Below, in pieces: positions 27,985 to 45,930 of a stretch of 64,000 nucleotides of DNA. Positions within the stretch are counted from its first letter, which is position 1; every line of letters starts with the position of its first letter. The notes beneath the pieces are model-generated. The model ran no database searches and was not told where the DNA came from. It worked only from the letters and a program-made list of their open reading frames with translations. Made by a program: the position numbers and the translations under genes. The DNA comes from the human T2T-CHM13v2.0 reference genome, Homo sapiens. The DNA is taken from the NCBI RefSeq assembly GCF_009914755.1, contig NC_060929.1; one strand, given 5' to 3'.

Positions 27985-28950
27985 AGCAGTTCTCAAAGTA
28001 GGTCCCCAAGACCTTTTCAGGGAAGCCACAAGGGCAAAGTATTTTTATAGTAATCCTAAGAGTTGATTTGCCTTTGTTTTCTCACAAGTATACAACAGAG
28101 TTTTGGAGACACATGTTGTCACAACTGATGAATGCAGAAGTAAATATGAGAAGCCAGCTATCTTCTATTAAGCCAGGCAAAAGAGAGGCTTGCAAAAATG
28201 TAAAACAATGCCACTCTTCCTTTTTCTTTCGGAAAGTAATTATTTTTCATAAAAATATATAAAGACATACACTCATATGTTGATTGCAGCACTTTTCACA
28301 ATAGCAAAGACATGGAATCAACCTAGATGCTCAACAACAGTGGGCTGGATAAAGAAAATATGGTACAGATACACCATGGACAACCATTCAGCCATAAAAA
28401 AGAATGAGATTATGTCCTTTGCAGCAACATGGATGGAGTTGGCGGCCATTATCCTAAGCAAACTAACACAGGAACAGGAAATCAAATACCACATGTTCTC
28501 ACTTACAAGTGGGAACTAAATGCTGAGTACACAGGGACGCAAAGAAGGGAACAATAGACATCAGGGCCTACTTGAGGGCAGAGGGTGGGAGAAGGGTAAG
28601 GACCAAAAAACTACCTATCAGGAACTATGCTTATTCCTTGGGTGATGAAGTAATATGTACACCAATCCCCTATGACACATCGGTTACCCGTATAACAAAC
28701 CTGCATATGTACCCCCGAAACTAAACTAAAAATTGGAAGAAAAAAATTATTTAATTAATTAAGGTATTTATGTTGACATGTGAGTTTATTATTTCTAAAT
28801 AAATTAATACATTTTTAAATATCTCAGTTTTAATGTCTAATACTGAATATGTTGATAGTTATAACCCACATAACCAAAACTTCCCTGGAATCCTCAATAA
28901 TTTTCAAGAGTGTAAAAAGTCCTGAAGTCAAAAAGTCTGAGAACCACTGG
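27985..28950. mobile_element. hAT-Charlie DNA element split by an L1 insertion
   Basis: Ends cagttctcaaagt / gtctgagaaccactg resemble Charlie TIRs; subfamily uncertain. Confidence 0.55.
28259..28747 (+). mobile_element. Primate L1 (L1PA/L1PB) 3' end
   Basis: ORF2 C-terminus 'IAALFTIAKTWNQPRC...IMSFAATWMEL..IILSKLTQEQ..KYHMFSLTSGN', then 3'UTR and A-rich tail. Confidence 0.9.
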
Positions 28951-29299
28951 GTTAAAACATTTTAATTCACTTCATTCCCAAGAGGTAGGACTGCCTGTGA
29001 CCAAATACTTTTCTGGTCACTTTGGGCTAGGTAGAGTTTTCTCTGTTGAAATTTGAAGATCTAACCCAGTGTTTCTTATACATTGGCTATCTGTAGACCA
29101 CCTCTCAGATTTTTGCCCCAGTTGAATACTACCTATACCTTTATTTACTTAAAAAGGAGACACTATTATTAGGGTAAATAGAAAACCAACACACTTGCCT
29201 TTAAGAAAGGGGGATAACAAAAATGAATGCAACTCAAGTAAAACATTGCAATGAAATCATTTCTTTTTATCTGTCTGGGACCACAAATCTGTTGATCCC

Positions 29300-31750
<2,451 letters not shown>

Positions 31751-31805
31751 GAATTAAAATCTAGTGGCCAAAGTTGGCTTTCTCTTTGTTGAAATGGTAG
31801 GTTGG

Positions 31806-32215
<410 letters not shown>

Positions 32216-32601
32216 TTATTTTTCTTCCATGTGATTCCATGGGGTTTGAGCACCCCCAGTGGTAAGCAATCCCCCCATCCCTGGGAAACACTGGCCTATT
32301 ACTCAGCAAAAATGATAACGGCACCAGGGCTAGTTGACCTCATCCATCTCCATTTCTATCTTACCCCACAGAGTAAGCAGCCCCACTTGTGACCGTCCTT
32401 GGACGTATATCTCCAGGTTGGGTGGCTGTGGCCATCCAGGACAGGATAATCATGTGGCCCAACAGTCACACCCAGAATCCCTGAAAACTGTGCAGGGATT
32501 TCTTTGGCAGAAATGGGCTTCCTGACATTCCTCATGCCTCACCCCCTACCTCCCCAGCCTGGGACACCCACATGAAATCTCTCAGGCTGGCAGTGCCTTA
32601 C

Positions 32602-32747
32602 CTTCAGGGAGACGGACGCTGTTTCATTGGTGAATAGAAGAATGGCCTGTGGCTGGAGTGTTTTCAGATAGAAATGGATGTGCCAGTTCCGAGCCGCTGG
32701 GGCCCTGTACCGCACATAGCTCTGACCACTGAACCTTGTAGCAGTAC
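32602..32747 (-). CDS. FAT2: FAT2 exon: start of laminin G domain
   Basis: ttctcag|GT...CTGAAG|gtaag; 146 nt; [14 protein letters not shown]...SVSLK. Confidence 0.95.
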
Positions 32748-33008
32748 CTGAGAAAGCAACCAAAGCTGTCACCTCTACTTGAAGTGGTCCCCATTGAGCC
32801 CTTGGACTGACTTTGTCTTATTTAATCCTTGGGTGGCAGACAGAATCATTGCTCATATTTTATACATGAAGAAACTAGGCTGGGTGTGGGGTGTGCCATA
32901 CCTTTCTAGCCTCACACGTAGAGCCAGACAGGAGCCTTCACCCTACCTTTTGTTGACTGCAGGGACCCCTGCCTTAGGTCCCAGGCTGGGTCAAGAAATA
33001 TGAATTTA

Positions 33009-33374
<366 letters not shown>

Positions 33375-33958
33375 TTTAAAAGAAAGTAAAAATCAGGCCA
33401 GAAATGTAATGAATCAAGTGTGTGAAAATCAAAATTTTTATTCTACATAGTTTCCATGTTATTTCTGGTGTTGGGAATCTACACTGGGAATGTAGATACT
33501 GCATGTGTGTGTGATTTTAGACCCACAAGGGTTTTTGCCTCAGGATAGTTCCTTGTATGAGCAGGAGTTAATCATTTAGGTAAACAATAAAATGCGGCTG
33601 AGAGGTCAAGAGCCACTCTATGATAAAGAGAGAGGGGCAGTGATAGACTGTATGGCCAAAACTTTTGTAAAGTCTGGCATCCTCCATCCCGCCTTAGCAA
33701 TGGCTAATGCACAGTTGCATAGTATGGAGTAAACTTGAGTTTCTTAAGCATCTTTGACTGTGGGACACTCTTATGTGGACCACTCTTGGGAATAGCATTC
33801 TGTTGAACCCCCTTTGGGAAGCACTGCCCTCCCCAGATTTTAAAAAATATCCACCCTCCCCAGAAGTGAGTCCAGCTATGAAATCCCCAAAACCCCAGTG
33901 TAAATAAGCTTGTCAGTTGTCAGGGGAGAGGATGAGCGGTCCAGCCTCTAGATACCTA

Positions 33959-34409
<451 letters not shown>

Positions 34410-36272
34410 TTATTGGATGGGATATTGAAGATGATCTAGATCAGAAATTCCCACCCCGGCTGGATATCAGGATCAGCTGGAGAATCTTTATGACACAGAA
34501 TCCTAAGTTCTCTCGGAGAATCTGATTCAGTAGTTCTGGGTGGCACGTGGAAATATGTATTTTAAAAATCTTACCATCATGGATGTAACAACTGGAAGGG
34601 GGGCCCAAGGGAGGCTTCTGAGATGGTGGTCATATTCTTTCCTTGATCTGGGCGTTGGCTACACAGATATATTTGCTTTATAAAAATTATTTGAGGTGTG
34701 TACTTATGATACATGAATTGGTTTCCTGTATGTTTTATATTTCACTAAAATGTTAAAAAATAAAAAACCTCTTTTCAACTGATTCTGGTGATCCATGAGT
34801 TTATCTAGTATTTCTTCAATGCAAGCCCTTGCACCTGCTGCTTCAGAATTAAATGCCAATTCTAGGACTCACTCAGAACCTTCTAAATTAAAACCTCTGG
34901 AGGTGACACCCAGGAGCATGTCTCTTTAAAATCACGCTCTCCAGTAGACTTTGCAAAATCTTGAATTTTAGAACCCCTGCTGTCTGATGCCAGGTGGCTG
35001 AGAGAGACCCTTCAGCCTTCTTGGCTTTCCCTGAAGCAGGCCCTGGGGCAAGAAACACAGAGAAGGAAATCCTCTCCCCAACAGAGAGAAGCCCACCCAG
35101 CCTAAATCGAGTGGTCCCTGGACAAAGTCCACAAATCTTCTGAGAAATGATATCCCGAATGCCAGGCAGCTGGACCCATAAAGGGCAGGTCAGGCCAGGC
35201 CAGGCAGGAGCGCTGGTGAGCTGAAGGTCATGTCACTTTCCTTTAGCCAAGGCTCCTGAGCTGCTCCCTTGGCCTTAATGCCAGGGATGCTGGGTGAGTC
35301 TTGGAGTGCCTGAGGAGCTTAGTGAAGAGTTCAGGCTTTAGAGTGGGACACACAGATATTTGAATAACGAGGCCTTCATTGGAAGCTGTACAGTTTCAGG
35401 CAAACTAAATCTCATATCTCAGTTCCAACTGCAGATGGGGCTAATGACCCTGCTTGGTAGGGCTGTGGTGCCGATTAGTTTAGGTGACATCTACACAGAG
35501 TGTGGCGTACAGCAGGCTCCCTATAGCAACTGCTACCACGGGAATGACAGTCACCGTTGATCTGGGGCTTATTGTGGGCCAGCCATGGGTTAAGTGCTTT
35601 TATAACTCTTACGTAATTTCCCCCCCGAACCCAACTCCAGGAGGCAGATGTATTTATTTTGACTATTTTATAGATGGGAAACTAAAAAGCTCAGAGGGTT
35701 TTAACAATACACCCAAAGTTACACAGCTAGTGACTGATGGAGCTAGGGTTTGAACCTGAGCTGTCTGAGTCTAAGCCTTGAGCTTATAACCACCAGACTA
35801 TGGTAATAATAGTAGCAGTATTAGTAACTCACATGTATTGACCACTTTCTATATGTCAGGCACTGTTCTAAGCAAGCACTTGATACATAGTACTGATGTA
35901 ATTCCTACAGCAGCCCAGCTCAAAGGCACAGAGAGGTTAATTTTCCTAAAGTCGCCTGGTTAGTAAGGGGTAGAGCTGGGATTTTAACCCATGAAGACTG
36001 AAGCCACAGCCTATGCTCTTAGCCATGATGTTAAACCACATATTGTAGTCTTACTGTTATTTTCTAAATCTCGAAAGGGAGCTGAGAATTGGGTATTATT
36101 CCATAACTAGATTTTGTGAGGCCACTAGCCGTCTTATGGTGATTGGTGGCCTTTGGGCTTATTAAAACTTCCCTGAACTCTCCCACAGAGCCTCAGTGGA
36201 ATCTCCATGCTTAGAGTCAGGCGGGCTGAGCCCAGCAGTGCTGCTCGTCCCTAGGGAAGATGTAGTACTTAC

Positions 36273-37083
36273 CATTGCAGGAGCAGCTCCTCTGCAGGTG
36301 GTGCCGCGGGGTTAGGATGCTGAGCCTGGCGGTGCTGTACGTGGGCCCAACCTTGGGGTCCAGATGCACTGTGTTATGGCAGATTTGACCCTGGCAGGTT
36401 GGCCCCTGGCAGGGCACCATGGGCATAGCTGACCGCATCTGAACCCCCACTGAATGCTCCATCTCCTTGGCTGAGTGAGTGATGATGGATGCTAGCTCCT
36501 GAAACTCGTAGAAGGTTCCAGAATGCCCCTCAAAGACCAGGAGCACGTCCACACCAGCCACGGCCTCTGCAGGCTGGAGGCTGGCCAAGTGAATGTTAGC
36601 CCGTTTGATGTCCAGCTTATGGCTGAGGAACCTCTGCAGGTTCCGCCAGTGGTCACTCACCAGCTCCTCGGGGGTGAGCTGGTAGAAGCCCATCCATATG
36701 GCCTGCTGCAGAGCCTCCTGCCCCACATGCCACACATACACATGGACCCCAGCAGTCGTGGTGAAGGTCCCATCGCTGACCGTGACGTTGAACGAGTAGT
36801 GGCCACGAGGCAGGCCCTGGGCGGCGATAATCTTGCCATCAGGCGCACCCACTGAGAAGTGCCTGCCCAGGGTCTCCTCTTCTGCCAGGCTATAGGTCAG
36901 CGTGTCCTGGGGGTCTCGGTCTGTGGCATGGATCTTACCCACCATGCCACCCTGGAACTCATCCTCTCCAACAGTGATGAAGATCTCCAGTGGGAGAGCA
37001 GAAGGTGCATAGTGGCTCTGCTCTGTGACATGGACACGGACAGACGTCGAAGACGAGAGGGGAGGGATGCCACTGTCTGACGC
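36273..37083 (-). CDS. FAT2: FAT2 exon: last cadherin repeats and linker
   Basis: cccacag|GCG...AATG|gtaagt; 811 nt; [11 protein letters not shown]...HATDRDPQD...RSCSCN. Confidence 0.96.
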
Positions 37084-38689
37084 CTGTGGGCAAAACAAAC
37101 ACTGCTGTCACCCAACAGAACTGCAGTGCTCTTGCGCCCGACTGAGGCTGGGCCTCCTTGTGGAGCTACGTTTCTCTGCCCCACGCCCAACTTGAGGGCT
37201 GGCTCAGCGCATTGTTGCATTTAGAAAAAAAAAAACCTAACTCCAAAAGCACTGACAGAAAAGAAAGATTTTCTGAAGGTTTTGTAGAGATTGAAGGAGG
37301 GAGTTACATCCTATACCATGCAGTAAAACAATGCAGTTTCCTCATGTGACATCTCTCTGAGCCTCTTCCTAAATCTCTCCAGCCATAGACTTGGGCTAAC
37401 TTCCTCATGAAGTTTCTCATTCTGTCCCTGTCCTCAAGGGCGCCCTCAGATGTCTCAGCAATTCTGATGCACCATGCACCCTGCTCAGCCTACGAAAATT
37501 CCCCTTGGGATTCCCTTTTGCTATGCGATTGGAGTGGGAGTCGGGATTTGTCCTTCTAGTCAGTCAACGAAGTCTTCTGCTGTGGCCAGGAGAAAAGAGA
37601 CAATAAATAAGTTACCAAATAACCTGGATAAAATGCTGGGAAGGAAATAAACAGAGACCTAACTTTGATCAGGTAGAAGAGAAGGAGTCTCTGTGGAGTG
37701 ACATTTGAGTCCTGAGGGATGAGAAGAAGAGGCGACAGACAGAGGGAGCAGCAAGTGTAAGGTCCTGGGGTAGGAATGAAGGCGGTGTGTTCAACAGCAC
37801 AGACGGGGTCACTGGTGCTGGAGCAAGTGGGCAGGGAAGCAGGCCTGACCTCACTGATGGGCTGGCACGCGCAGGGTTGCAGTTAATGTCAGAACTGTGA
37901 AAAGCCGTGAGGGTGACAGGACCTCACTTAAGTAGGGAAAAGAATGTAAATCATAAACGCATTTTCCTTTCATGTTTCACCACACATCCCTGCAACTTCC
38001 TGCCTGACTTAGAAAGGACAGGCTTGCCTTCTTCTCCTCAGTGATGTTATCACTTCCTCAGCTGTCAACGAGGGTCTCCACAATTTTCCCTGTAGTAATA
38101 TCTTGTTCACCTGCACTCCAACACTTTTAATGTACAAGAAAGTTGATAAGATTACACCTACTGCTGGAAGTCATGCATAACACCGAAGAGATATTAATAG
38201 CAACAATAATAATTAACACTACTGTTAATTATAATGTATAGCTAACATTAGTTACAACAATACTACTACTACCGATTATATATAATACATAGCTAACATT
38301 AACTGAGTACAATGCTAGTCACTATCATAGATAAACTATGATAATGCTGTAAATACATTATCCTAGTTTATCCTTCTTATGAGATAGGTACTATCAAGTC
38401 ACCCATCCTACAAAAAATATAACTGAGGCTCAAAGAGGTGAAGTAACTTGCCCAAGGTCATACAGCAGCAGATAAGGCCTGAGCAGAATCTGAATACCTA
38501 TCTGTGTCTATAGCCTGTGTTTTTCTTTGCTGGCCTATGGTGCCTCCCAGTGCATGGAAGTGGAAGTACGGGACCAATGCAATTGATGGTGATGATGCCA
38601 GTCATTACTAAGCTCCTGTCTAGGCAGGGCGTGTGCCTGGGTCTGAGAATACAGAGGTCAGGAAGCCATTCTCTCTCATCTCTCCCTAG

Positions 38690-40140
38690 GCAATCACATC
38701 CATGCTCTTGGCTTTGAGGGCCATCTACCAATCCTCTGAGCTGCCAACTCCAATTCCCAGCTACCCATTGGACACCTCTGCTTGGATGTCTCACAAACAA
38801 CTGGGAAATAACGTGCAAAACAGAGCTTTGGTTTAGCCCATAAACCTGTCCTGCCTTCCCGTCTGGGCCTTTCCAGTCTCATAAATGCACTACCACCGAA
38901 GTCTTCATGGGAGCCAACAATTTAGAAATCACCCCTGAATCGTCTCTGTTCTTTCTAACCGCACATCCACTCCACCAACTCCTATCAATTTACATACAAA
39001 ATATGTCCGAAATCTCTCCGCTTCCTGCATCTTCTCCATCACTCCGTGGTCTCAGCCCCACTATCTCCAGCTTGGATGACTTCTCACTGGTCTCCCTCAC
39101 CCACTCTATAGAGCTTGAAAAATGAGCTTCCTGAGACACAAAGAGGATCCCTTTTCCGTCTGAAACCCTCCAACCACCTCTCATTGTACTTAGATTAGAA
39201 TCTAAAAGTGTTACCAAGGCTTATACTTAGAAGATTGGATGCCCTGGTTTGTCAAGGACAGTCTTGATTTTTACCTGTTGTAAATCAGCTACTACCAAGT
39301 ATTATTTTTAGTGCCTGTTTTGGACTCTATGTTTGTGTCCCCTCAAAATTCATATGTTAAAATCTAATCCCCAGTGTAACAGTATTTGGAGGTGGAGCCC
39401 TTGTGAATGGGATTAGGGCCCTTATGAGAAGGGCCATGTGAGCATACAATGAGAAGCCGACAGTCTGCCATTCAGAAGAGGGCACTCACCAGAACCTGGC
39501 CATGCTGGCACCCCGATCTGGGACTTCCAGCCTCCAGAACTGTGGGAAATACATTTCTGTCCTTTAAGCCACCCAGCCTATGGTGTTCTGTTGTAGCAGC
39601 CCAAATGGACTAAGTCAGTGCTTCTCTCACTCTCAAAGATCACAGTTTGGACCTCAGATAATACAGTCATCCAAGCCACAAGGCCCACATGATCTACCCA
39701 GCCTATCTCCTCAGCCTCATTCCCACCCCTGCTCATGATGTTCTCAGTACCTCAGCCATACCTCAAGCCACTTCAGGCTCTTTCCCAACTCATGTTGCTC
39801 TTCCTGCCTGGAAGACTCTCCTGCCCACTTTTCACATGGTTGGCAGCTTGGCTCTCTGCTCAGATGTCACCTCCTGGGGGCAGCCTCCCTCTGAATGTGT
39901 GTCCCCCTGTCTTATGAGTCTCTCATCACTTTACTTCCTTATCATCATTTGTAAAGATGTTATTTCTTTCTTTATCTGTTTATTGTTTATCTCCATGATT
40001 ACAATGGAAAGCCCCTGGAGACAGGAATCATTCCCTCCTTACCCTCTGCTATGTTCCTAGCAGCTTGCAAATGGCCTCGCATGTAGTAGATGCTCAATAA
40101 ATACTTGTCGAGAGATGGACTGACTGACTGAAAGAATGAA
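38690..40140 (+). mobile_element. L2 fragments (interrupted by MLT1 and a small DNA element)
   Basis: 'ttggatgtctcacaaac', 'ctgctcagatgtcacctcct' and 3' end 'tagtagatgctcaataaatacttg...gaatgaat'. Confidence 0.65.
39316..39617 (+). mobile_element. MLT1A-like MaLR solo LTR
   Basis: 'tttgtgtcccctcaaaattcatatgttaa...gacttccagcctccagaactgtg...gcagcccaaatggactaagtca'; TSD gtgc(c/t). Confidence 0.85.
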
Positions 40141-40768
40141 TACATCATTCCCAGCCCATAAGTTTACAGAATAGTAGGGTCCACTGGACTTGAGATTTAG
40201 GAAAGAGATTTGGAGAAATAAAGTGAGGCAGAGATATCAGACCACCATCTTGGCCACTGTTCTTTAGCAATTCCTATGAAACCCATAACACCACCACCAG
40301 AATCCCCTACACACATGTGCATACAATATCTCACTTGAGCCCCAAGCCAGTTCTCTGAGGTAGGTTGTTTTAGCTCCTGAGGTTCAGAGAGCTGTTCTGG
40401 CTAAGCTCTAGGAGCTACAGCCAGAGGGTGTTTTGCCCAGGCACAGAGCAGGGATTAAGAATTTGGAGTCTGGGGTCAGAGTGCTTGGGTTTGAAGCAAC
40501 CCACCTTTGCCACTTATTACCAGTATTACTTTAAGCCAGTCACTTAAATCCCCTGTGTTCCTCAGTTTCCTCATCTGTAAAGCGGGGTGGTAACTATACC
40601 TGCCCTGAGTGTTATGAGGCTTTAGTCCTGAGAAGGACCTAGCCCAGTGCCTGATGCATCCTAAGTGCTTTGTACATTTTTTCCCTAATGACAGAAGCAC
40701 TGGTGGGGCTTTTGCCAGCATCTTTACTGTCCCCATGGTCACCACCAGAAGCCTAGCACAGCTCTCAC

Positions 40769-40966
40769 CTGGATCTGAAGCTGATACCATTCCTGAGCCC
40801 TCCTGCTTAGGCCCTCAGCAGTCACCAGCCATCCATCCGGGGTCACTCGGAAGGCAGAGCCGTTGTTCCCCTTGGTGATTCGAAACGAGTAGGGGGGGCC
40901 ATTCTCTGGAGAATCTGGGTCACTCAGGATCAGCTGCAGGACTTTGCTGCCAATGGGGGAGTTCTC
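40769..40966 (-). CDS. FAT2: FAT2 cadherin exon (198 nt)
   Basis: gtctcag|GAG...CAG|gtgag; [30 protein letters not shown]...WYQLQIQ (not captured by the ORF track). Confidence 0.94.
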
Positions 40967-42234
40967 CTGAGACCGAGAGTGACAAAGAAGGCAAAGAGCA
41001 GAATGAGTCCCGGTCCTTCCTTTCGCACGTGTCTGGGTATGTCATCTGGAATGAGTCCTCAGCACTCTGACTGCTTGTAGATGGTGCCTGGACATCAAGC
41101 TGCTGCTCATTCATTCTGCCTGCCTTTGAGGTAGTTGTTGACTTTGCTGTCTAGACCAGGAGCTCCCCAAGGGCAATGTTGGGTCTTAGAAACACAGCCC
41201 ATTGGGGCAGGAAGGATCCTTAGAGAACAAAGGTTAAACCCTTTATTCTGTAGAGAGATGACTTGCTCAAGATCACACACTGCTGAATCATGTATTTAAA
41301 TTAGTTATTACCTGGATTACATAAGGGAATGTTGCGATTTGCAAAGCCAATTGAACACTTATAAATGATTTCTTCCTTAGAGGACCTGCATGCAATATGT
41401 ATCTGATAAGCACACTTAAAGATGACTAGGAATTTAATAAGAAAAACCAGATTCCCTGAGTATCATTTTAGCCTTTGTTGTATAACATGGGCATTTAGTA
41501 TACTATAACACAATGGTTGCTAACTATTTAGCATCACAAACAGAATCTAATGGGCAGAAACTGATCGTTGCCTATCCAACAGACATTCTCTGTTCCTTTC
41601 TTATAAAATCCTGCTTTGGTTCAGATGTGGACTGGCGCTATTCTCAGAAAAGATATTTTTAGTCAGGTAACTTATTATTTGCAGCCAAAGCATCCTAACC
41701 CATACCCATAATATATAAAACAGGTAAAAGTGGAACAGCCCTAGGTAATGCATAGTAGGACCCAGAACTCTGCCTTTTTATTCACTCCCTCACCTCCCTT
41801 CACCACTTACAGCCCTGAAAATTACTCATAGAATCCCAAGGCCCTCTCCAAATCCTATTTGCAAACCATTAGTAGGGAATAGCTTGGGTTCTGGAAACAA
41901 ACAAAAAAATCCCTGGGGTTCAATCCCAAGTTTGCCACATTCCAGGTATGGCATGTTTTCATACCTCAATCTTCTAAATCTGTAAAATGGGTACTACCTA
42001 CTTCATATGGCTGTTATGAGTCTCAAATGAGGTAATGGATATGAAAGTGCCTAACACAGTGCCTGATTCCCTTCAATTCTATAATGCCCTCCAGCAGTCT
42101 GTGTTGCCTTTGGGGACATCAGTGGCAAAGTCACAGTCATTGTTCATGTGGACTAATGCCACTGAGGGGCATCTTCTGCTAGAAGGGAAATGAAGGGAGG
42201 AAGGGCTCAGGGTGCCTTGGAGGCTCAAGCTTAC

Positions 42235-42378
42235 CTGGACAGTGGTGCTGTAGTTGAGCTGGAAGAATCTCGGTGGGTTATCATTGACATCAGCCACTTG
42301 GATAGCGATGTCTGTGTCCTCATGCAGTGGAGGCTGCCCACTGTCTGTGGCTCGGAGCTTCAGGGAATAACTAGAGGC
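42235..42378 (-). CDS. FAT2: FAT2 cadherin exon (144 nt)
   Basis: gcaatag|GCC...CAG|gtaag; [18 protein letters not shown]...DVNDNPPRF...TVQ. Confidence 0.94.
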
Positions 42379-42996
42379 CTATTGCAAAATGTCCAGTGGA
42401 GGTTAGCAATGAGGTAGCTGTCCCTCACTTCTGCCCCCTGAGTCATCACTAATATTTTCAAAAAAAATAAGAAGGAGACACTTTCCTATGCCCACCCCCA
42501 CTGCCCACCCGTAGCATTTTAGGGCTTAGGTTCTGGAGTCAGACAGAAATAGGTGTGATTCCCTACTCAATCATTTGCTGGCAATGAGACCTTGGGAAAG
42601 TGAATGAATTTATGTGAGGATAATGTCAGGATGCACTTCCTTAAATTATTTTGAGGATCAAATGGCATAAATCCTTATAAAACATTTAGGAAAGTGTCTG
42701 GCACACAGTGGGTGCTCAAAAAATGTGGCTATTTTATAATGATCTAATGATCCCTACTCAATTGTGAGAAGCCACCTGAGGTCCTCTAGGGAAGGTTACG
42801 GGGTCACTCAGTCCCTCTCCTGCCTCTGGCCTCACAGTCCACAGAGGCCCCACAGAGAAAACAAGTGAGAGACATTCTGGGAAGGTCTGAGGAAGTTTCA
42901 GGATGGGGTCTTGACAGCGATTCATCTTCTGGACCTGCAGTGGGACTGTGTCTCTGCTCTAATGAGCTCAGGGTGCGCCCCTCCCACATGACTCAC

Positions 42997-43134
42997 CTGT
43001 TCCCGGTCCAGGGCCTTGGCCACCTGTAGCTCCCCCTTTTTGGGGTGAATGGTGAAGTGCCCAAGCTGGTTCCCTCCTATGAGGCTATAGGTAATGTCAC
43101 TATTTAGGGGTCCATCTTCATCAGTCGCTGATAC
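42997..43134 (-). CDS. FAT2: FAT2 cadherin exon (138 nt)
   Basis: caccgcag|GTA...CAG|gtgagt; [18 protein letters not shown]...LDREQ. Confidence 0.94.
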
Positions 43135-44178
43135 CTGCGGTGGGGTAGGGGGATTGTGAATGGAGGGACAGGAATCTTGACCCCTGGGAGTACAGGGGGA
43201 AACAGATATGTCCCTGCCCCAGTGACTGCCTTTGGGCTAGCAGTGCCTGGATCACAGTCGTCCCTGCCAAAGTAATCTCTTCACTTACATCCTCGTGTGG
43301 ACTTCAGCATGCCATGGTTTATTCATTCACTCACCATTCACTCTTGCTAACAGCATGCTAGGCCCTGTCCTAGAATGTGAGGAATGTGCTAAAATGAATA
43401 TGCCTGCAGGAAGTTTAATGTCTAATTTTATGGGTAATTCTAATTTGGAGTAAAGTATGATCAGCCTTATAAGAGCACACAGTGATATATTACACTGGGG
43501 AGATTAGAAAAGGACTCATGAAGCCCTGAAGGATCAGGAGGTTCTTTCGGGGCTGGAGCAGGCAATCCAGGAGAGGAAATACTGTGAGCCCAGAGTGTGG
43601 AAGTGCAGACGATGTTTTGGGGAAAGGTAGATATTCCTGTGTGGTTGGAGCATAGGGTGCACCATAGCAGGGAGTGGAGGGAGAGACTGGAAGGTGGGAT
43701 GAAGAGTGTGGGAGTATAGGTGGACAGAACTGGGTTTCACTCCATTGAATGAGGGAGTTATTGCATATTTAAATGCAAAGAGGTATTATTTGGTGTCCCC
43801 TCAGTCCCTGCCCCACAACTGTCATTCCACGTCACCCGCTATGACCAGGCCCTTCCCAGGCTTGAGAGCCTCTGGCAGTCCTCTGGGGTCTGTCTCTTTT
43901 TCTCTCTTCTCCTAACAAACCTCGCCTATCCCATGCCCCATTCCATTGTCTCTGATCTTATCATATGGCTCTGAGACATTCTCTCAGGAGAGATAGTTTG
44001 GCCGAGCATTGTTTGGCCATACTCAAATCTCACATAAACCTCTGACAAGTCAGAGTCAAGTCTACAGTGTATTAACTTAATAAACTAATCCATGCTCATA
44101 GATGGCTGGGTGTGGGGGTGAGATAAGAACCCATCCCAGAGTTCTTGTCCCACAAAGAGCAAGGTGGCAGATCCTTAC

Positions 44179-44393
44179 CGTGAGGATGACGTCACCCACA
44201 AGGGCATTCTCTAAGACCCTTGTGCTATATGGATCTTGGGGGAATTGGGGCCGGTGTTCATTGACATCAGTGATGTTGACCATGACTGTGGTCACGTCAC
44301 TGAGGGAAGAGGAGCTCTTCCGGCTGCACTCAATGGACAGGAAGTACTTGGGGCTTGTCTCAAAGTCCAGGCTTGCGTTGACATACAGGATCC
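44179..44393 (-). CDS. FAT2: FAT2 cadherin exon (215 nt)
   Basis: tcttcag|GG...ACG|gtaag; [13 protein letters not shown]...DVNEHRPQF...DVILT. Confidence 0.95.
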
Positions 44394-44899
44394 CTGAAGA
44401 AGCAAGAGGTGACAGCAGCAATGAGGCAGTTGGGCCCTCAAAGGCGCAGGACTGAGGGTCTGAGCCCAGCCCTAGGAGAGGCAGCTCAACAGGGCTAGGC
44501 AAGGTAAGTGTCCTCTGTCATCTCCCCATCCATCTCCCTTTGCTATCCCCTTGACCCCCTTCCCCATCATCTCCCTCATTTTTCTTTATTATTATTCACA
44601 ACAGCTATGTTTCCCTCACTTACTTCTGTAATATTTGATTTAAATCTCATTTAAATGTGTGATGCTAAATTTATCTCATTGAGATCTATAAAAACCCTGT
44701 GGAGCAGGGACAATTATGATTCCCATTTTCTAGGTCAGTCCATTGACCTAGATGCTCTAATAGGCAAGTGACTTGTCCAACCTCACCCAGCTAGTAAATG
44801 ACAGACCTCAGGGCATAAAATGAGATTCATTAATACTCAAAGTTGCCCACAAATTGTTAGGGCATAGGTTATTATTCTGAAAACTGGAAAAAAGAAATA

Positions 44900-45930
44900 A
44901 AAGAACAAGGATTTATCCTGCCTTTCCCGGCTAACCAAATAGTTAATGATGGACACTCTGCTTTTTGTTTTATTTTATTTTTCTTTCAACAGCATCACAT
45001 GCCAATGAACATCTTTTTATAATTCAGTCAGAAAATAATGAGGAGTAATAGGATTAGAAAATCACCATTTTACAGCCCTTAATGAAAAGGTATATCTATC
45101 TAGGAAATGATCAGCAAAGCCTGCTAAAACCATTAGAAGAAAGGCTGATGAAGAAGTCTATAATGGCCTTATATACCCAAATTATAACTATATATTCATA
45201 TATAATGGATCAGGTTGACAACACCTGAACTTACCATCTATCTTAACACCAGAAAAAAAAAAAAAGCCAGTTAGCTCTTATGTGCGTCCAGACATGATGC
45301 AAACAGCATAGCATCATCTGTGAGGCACTGTGTTGATCAAGCACTGTCAACTAAACCTGATCAAGGCCTTTGATCCAAATGTCATTCCTAGGAAATACAA
45401 GGACCCGAGGGATATGCTATATGACACTATAAAGAGCCAACCAATCCAAACGATGGAAAATTCTATTAGACACATGACTCAACTGTTTCATTAAATAAAT
45501 GGCAGGGGGAAATAAAGAGGAAGAAGAAAATGTTAGAGATTAAAGGACACTTAAAATCTTGCATATCAACCAAATTCAGTATGTAGATGTTTTGGGGATA
45601 CTAACAAACCAGTTTCGAAAAGACATTTATGAGAATCTGAAAAATGGCCTGGTGATATTAAGAAATTGTTATCTTTTAGGTGTGATAAGGTATTGTGGTT
45701 TTGTTTAGAAAAGGAGTTCTTATTATACAGAGATACACACTGATGTCCTTACAAGTGAAATGACACAGTGTCTGCGGTTGGATGGATGTAGGGGCCAAAG
45801 GGTAAAGAGGAAACCAGGCTGGTCTCTGCAGATGATTACTGAAGCTGGGTGGTGGGAACACAGGGCCCATTGTACTATTCTATTTTTTAATATGTTCAAA
45901 ATCTCCATGGTAAATTTTAAAAAATATTGC
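44900..45930 (+). mobile_element. Old L1M (L1MC-like) 3' fragment
   Basis: 'ggtgatattaagaaattgtt...gtgtgataaggtattgtggtt...gaagctgggtggtgggaacacagggcccattgtactattc'. Confidence 0.6.
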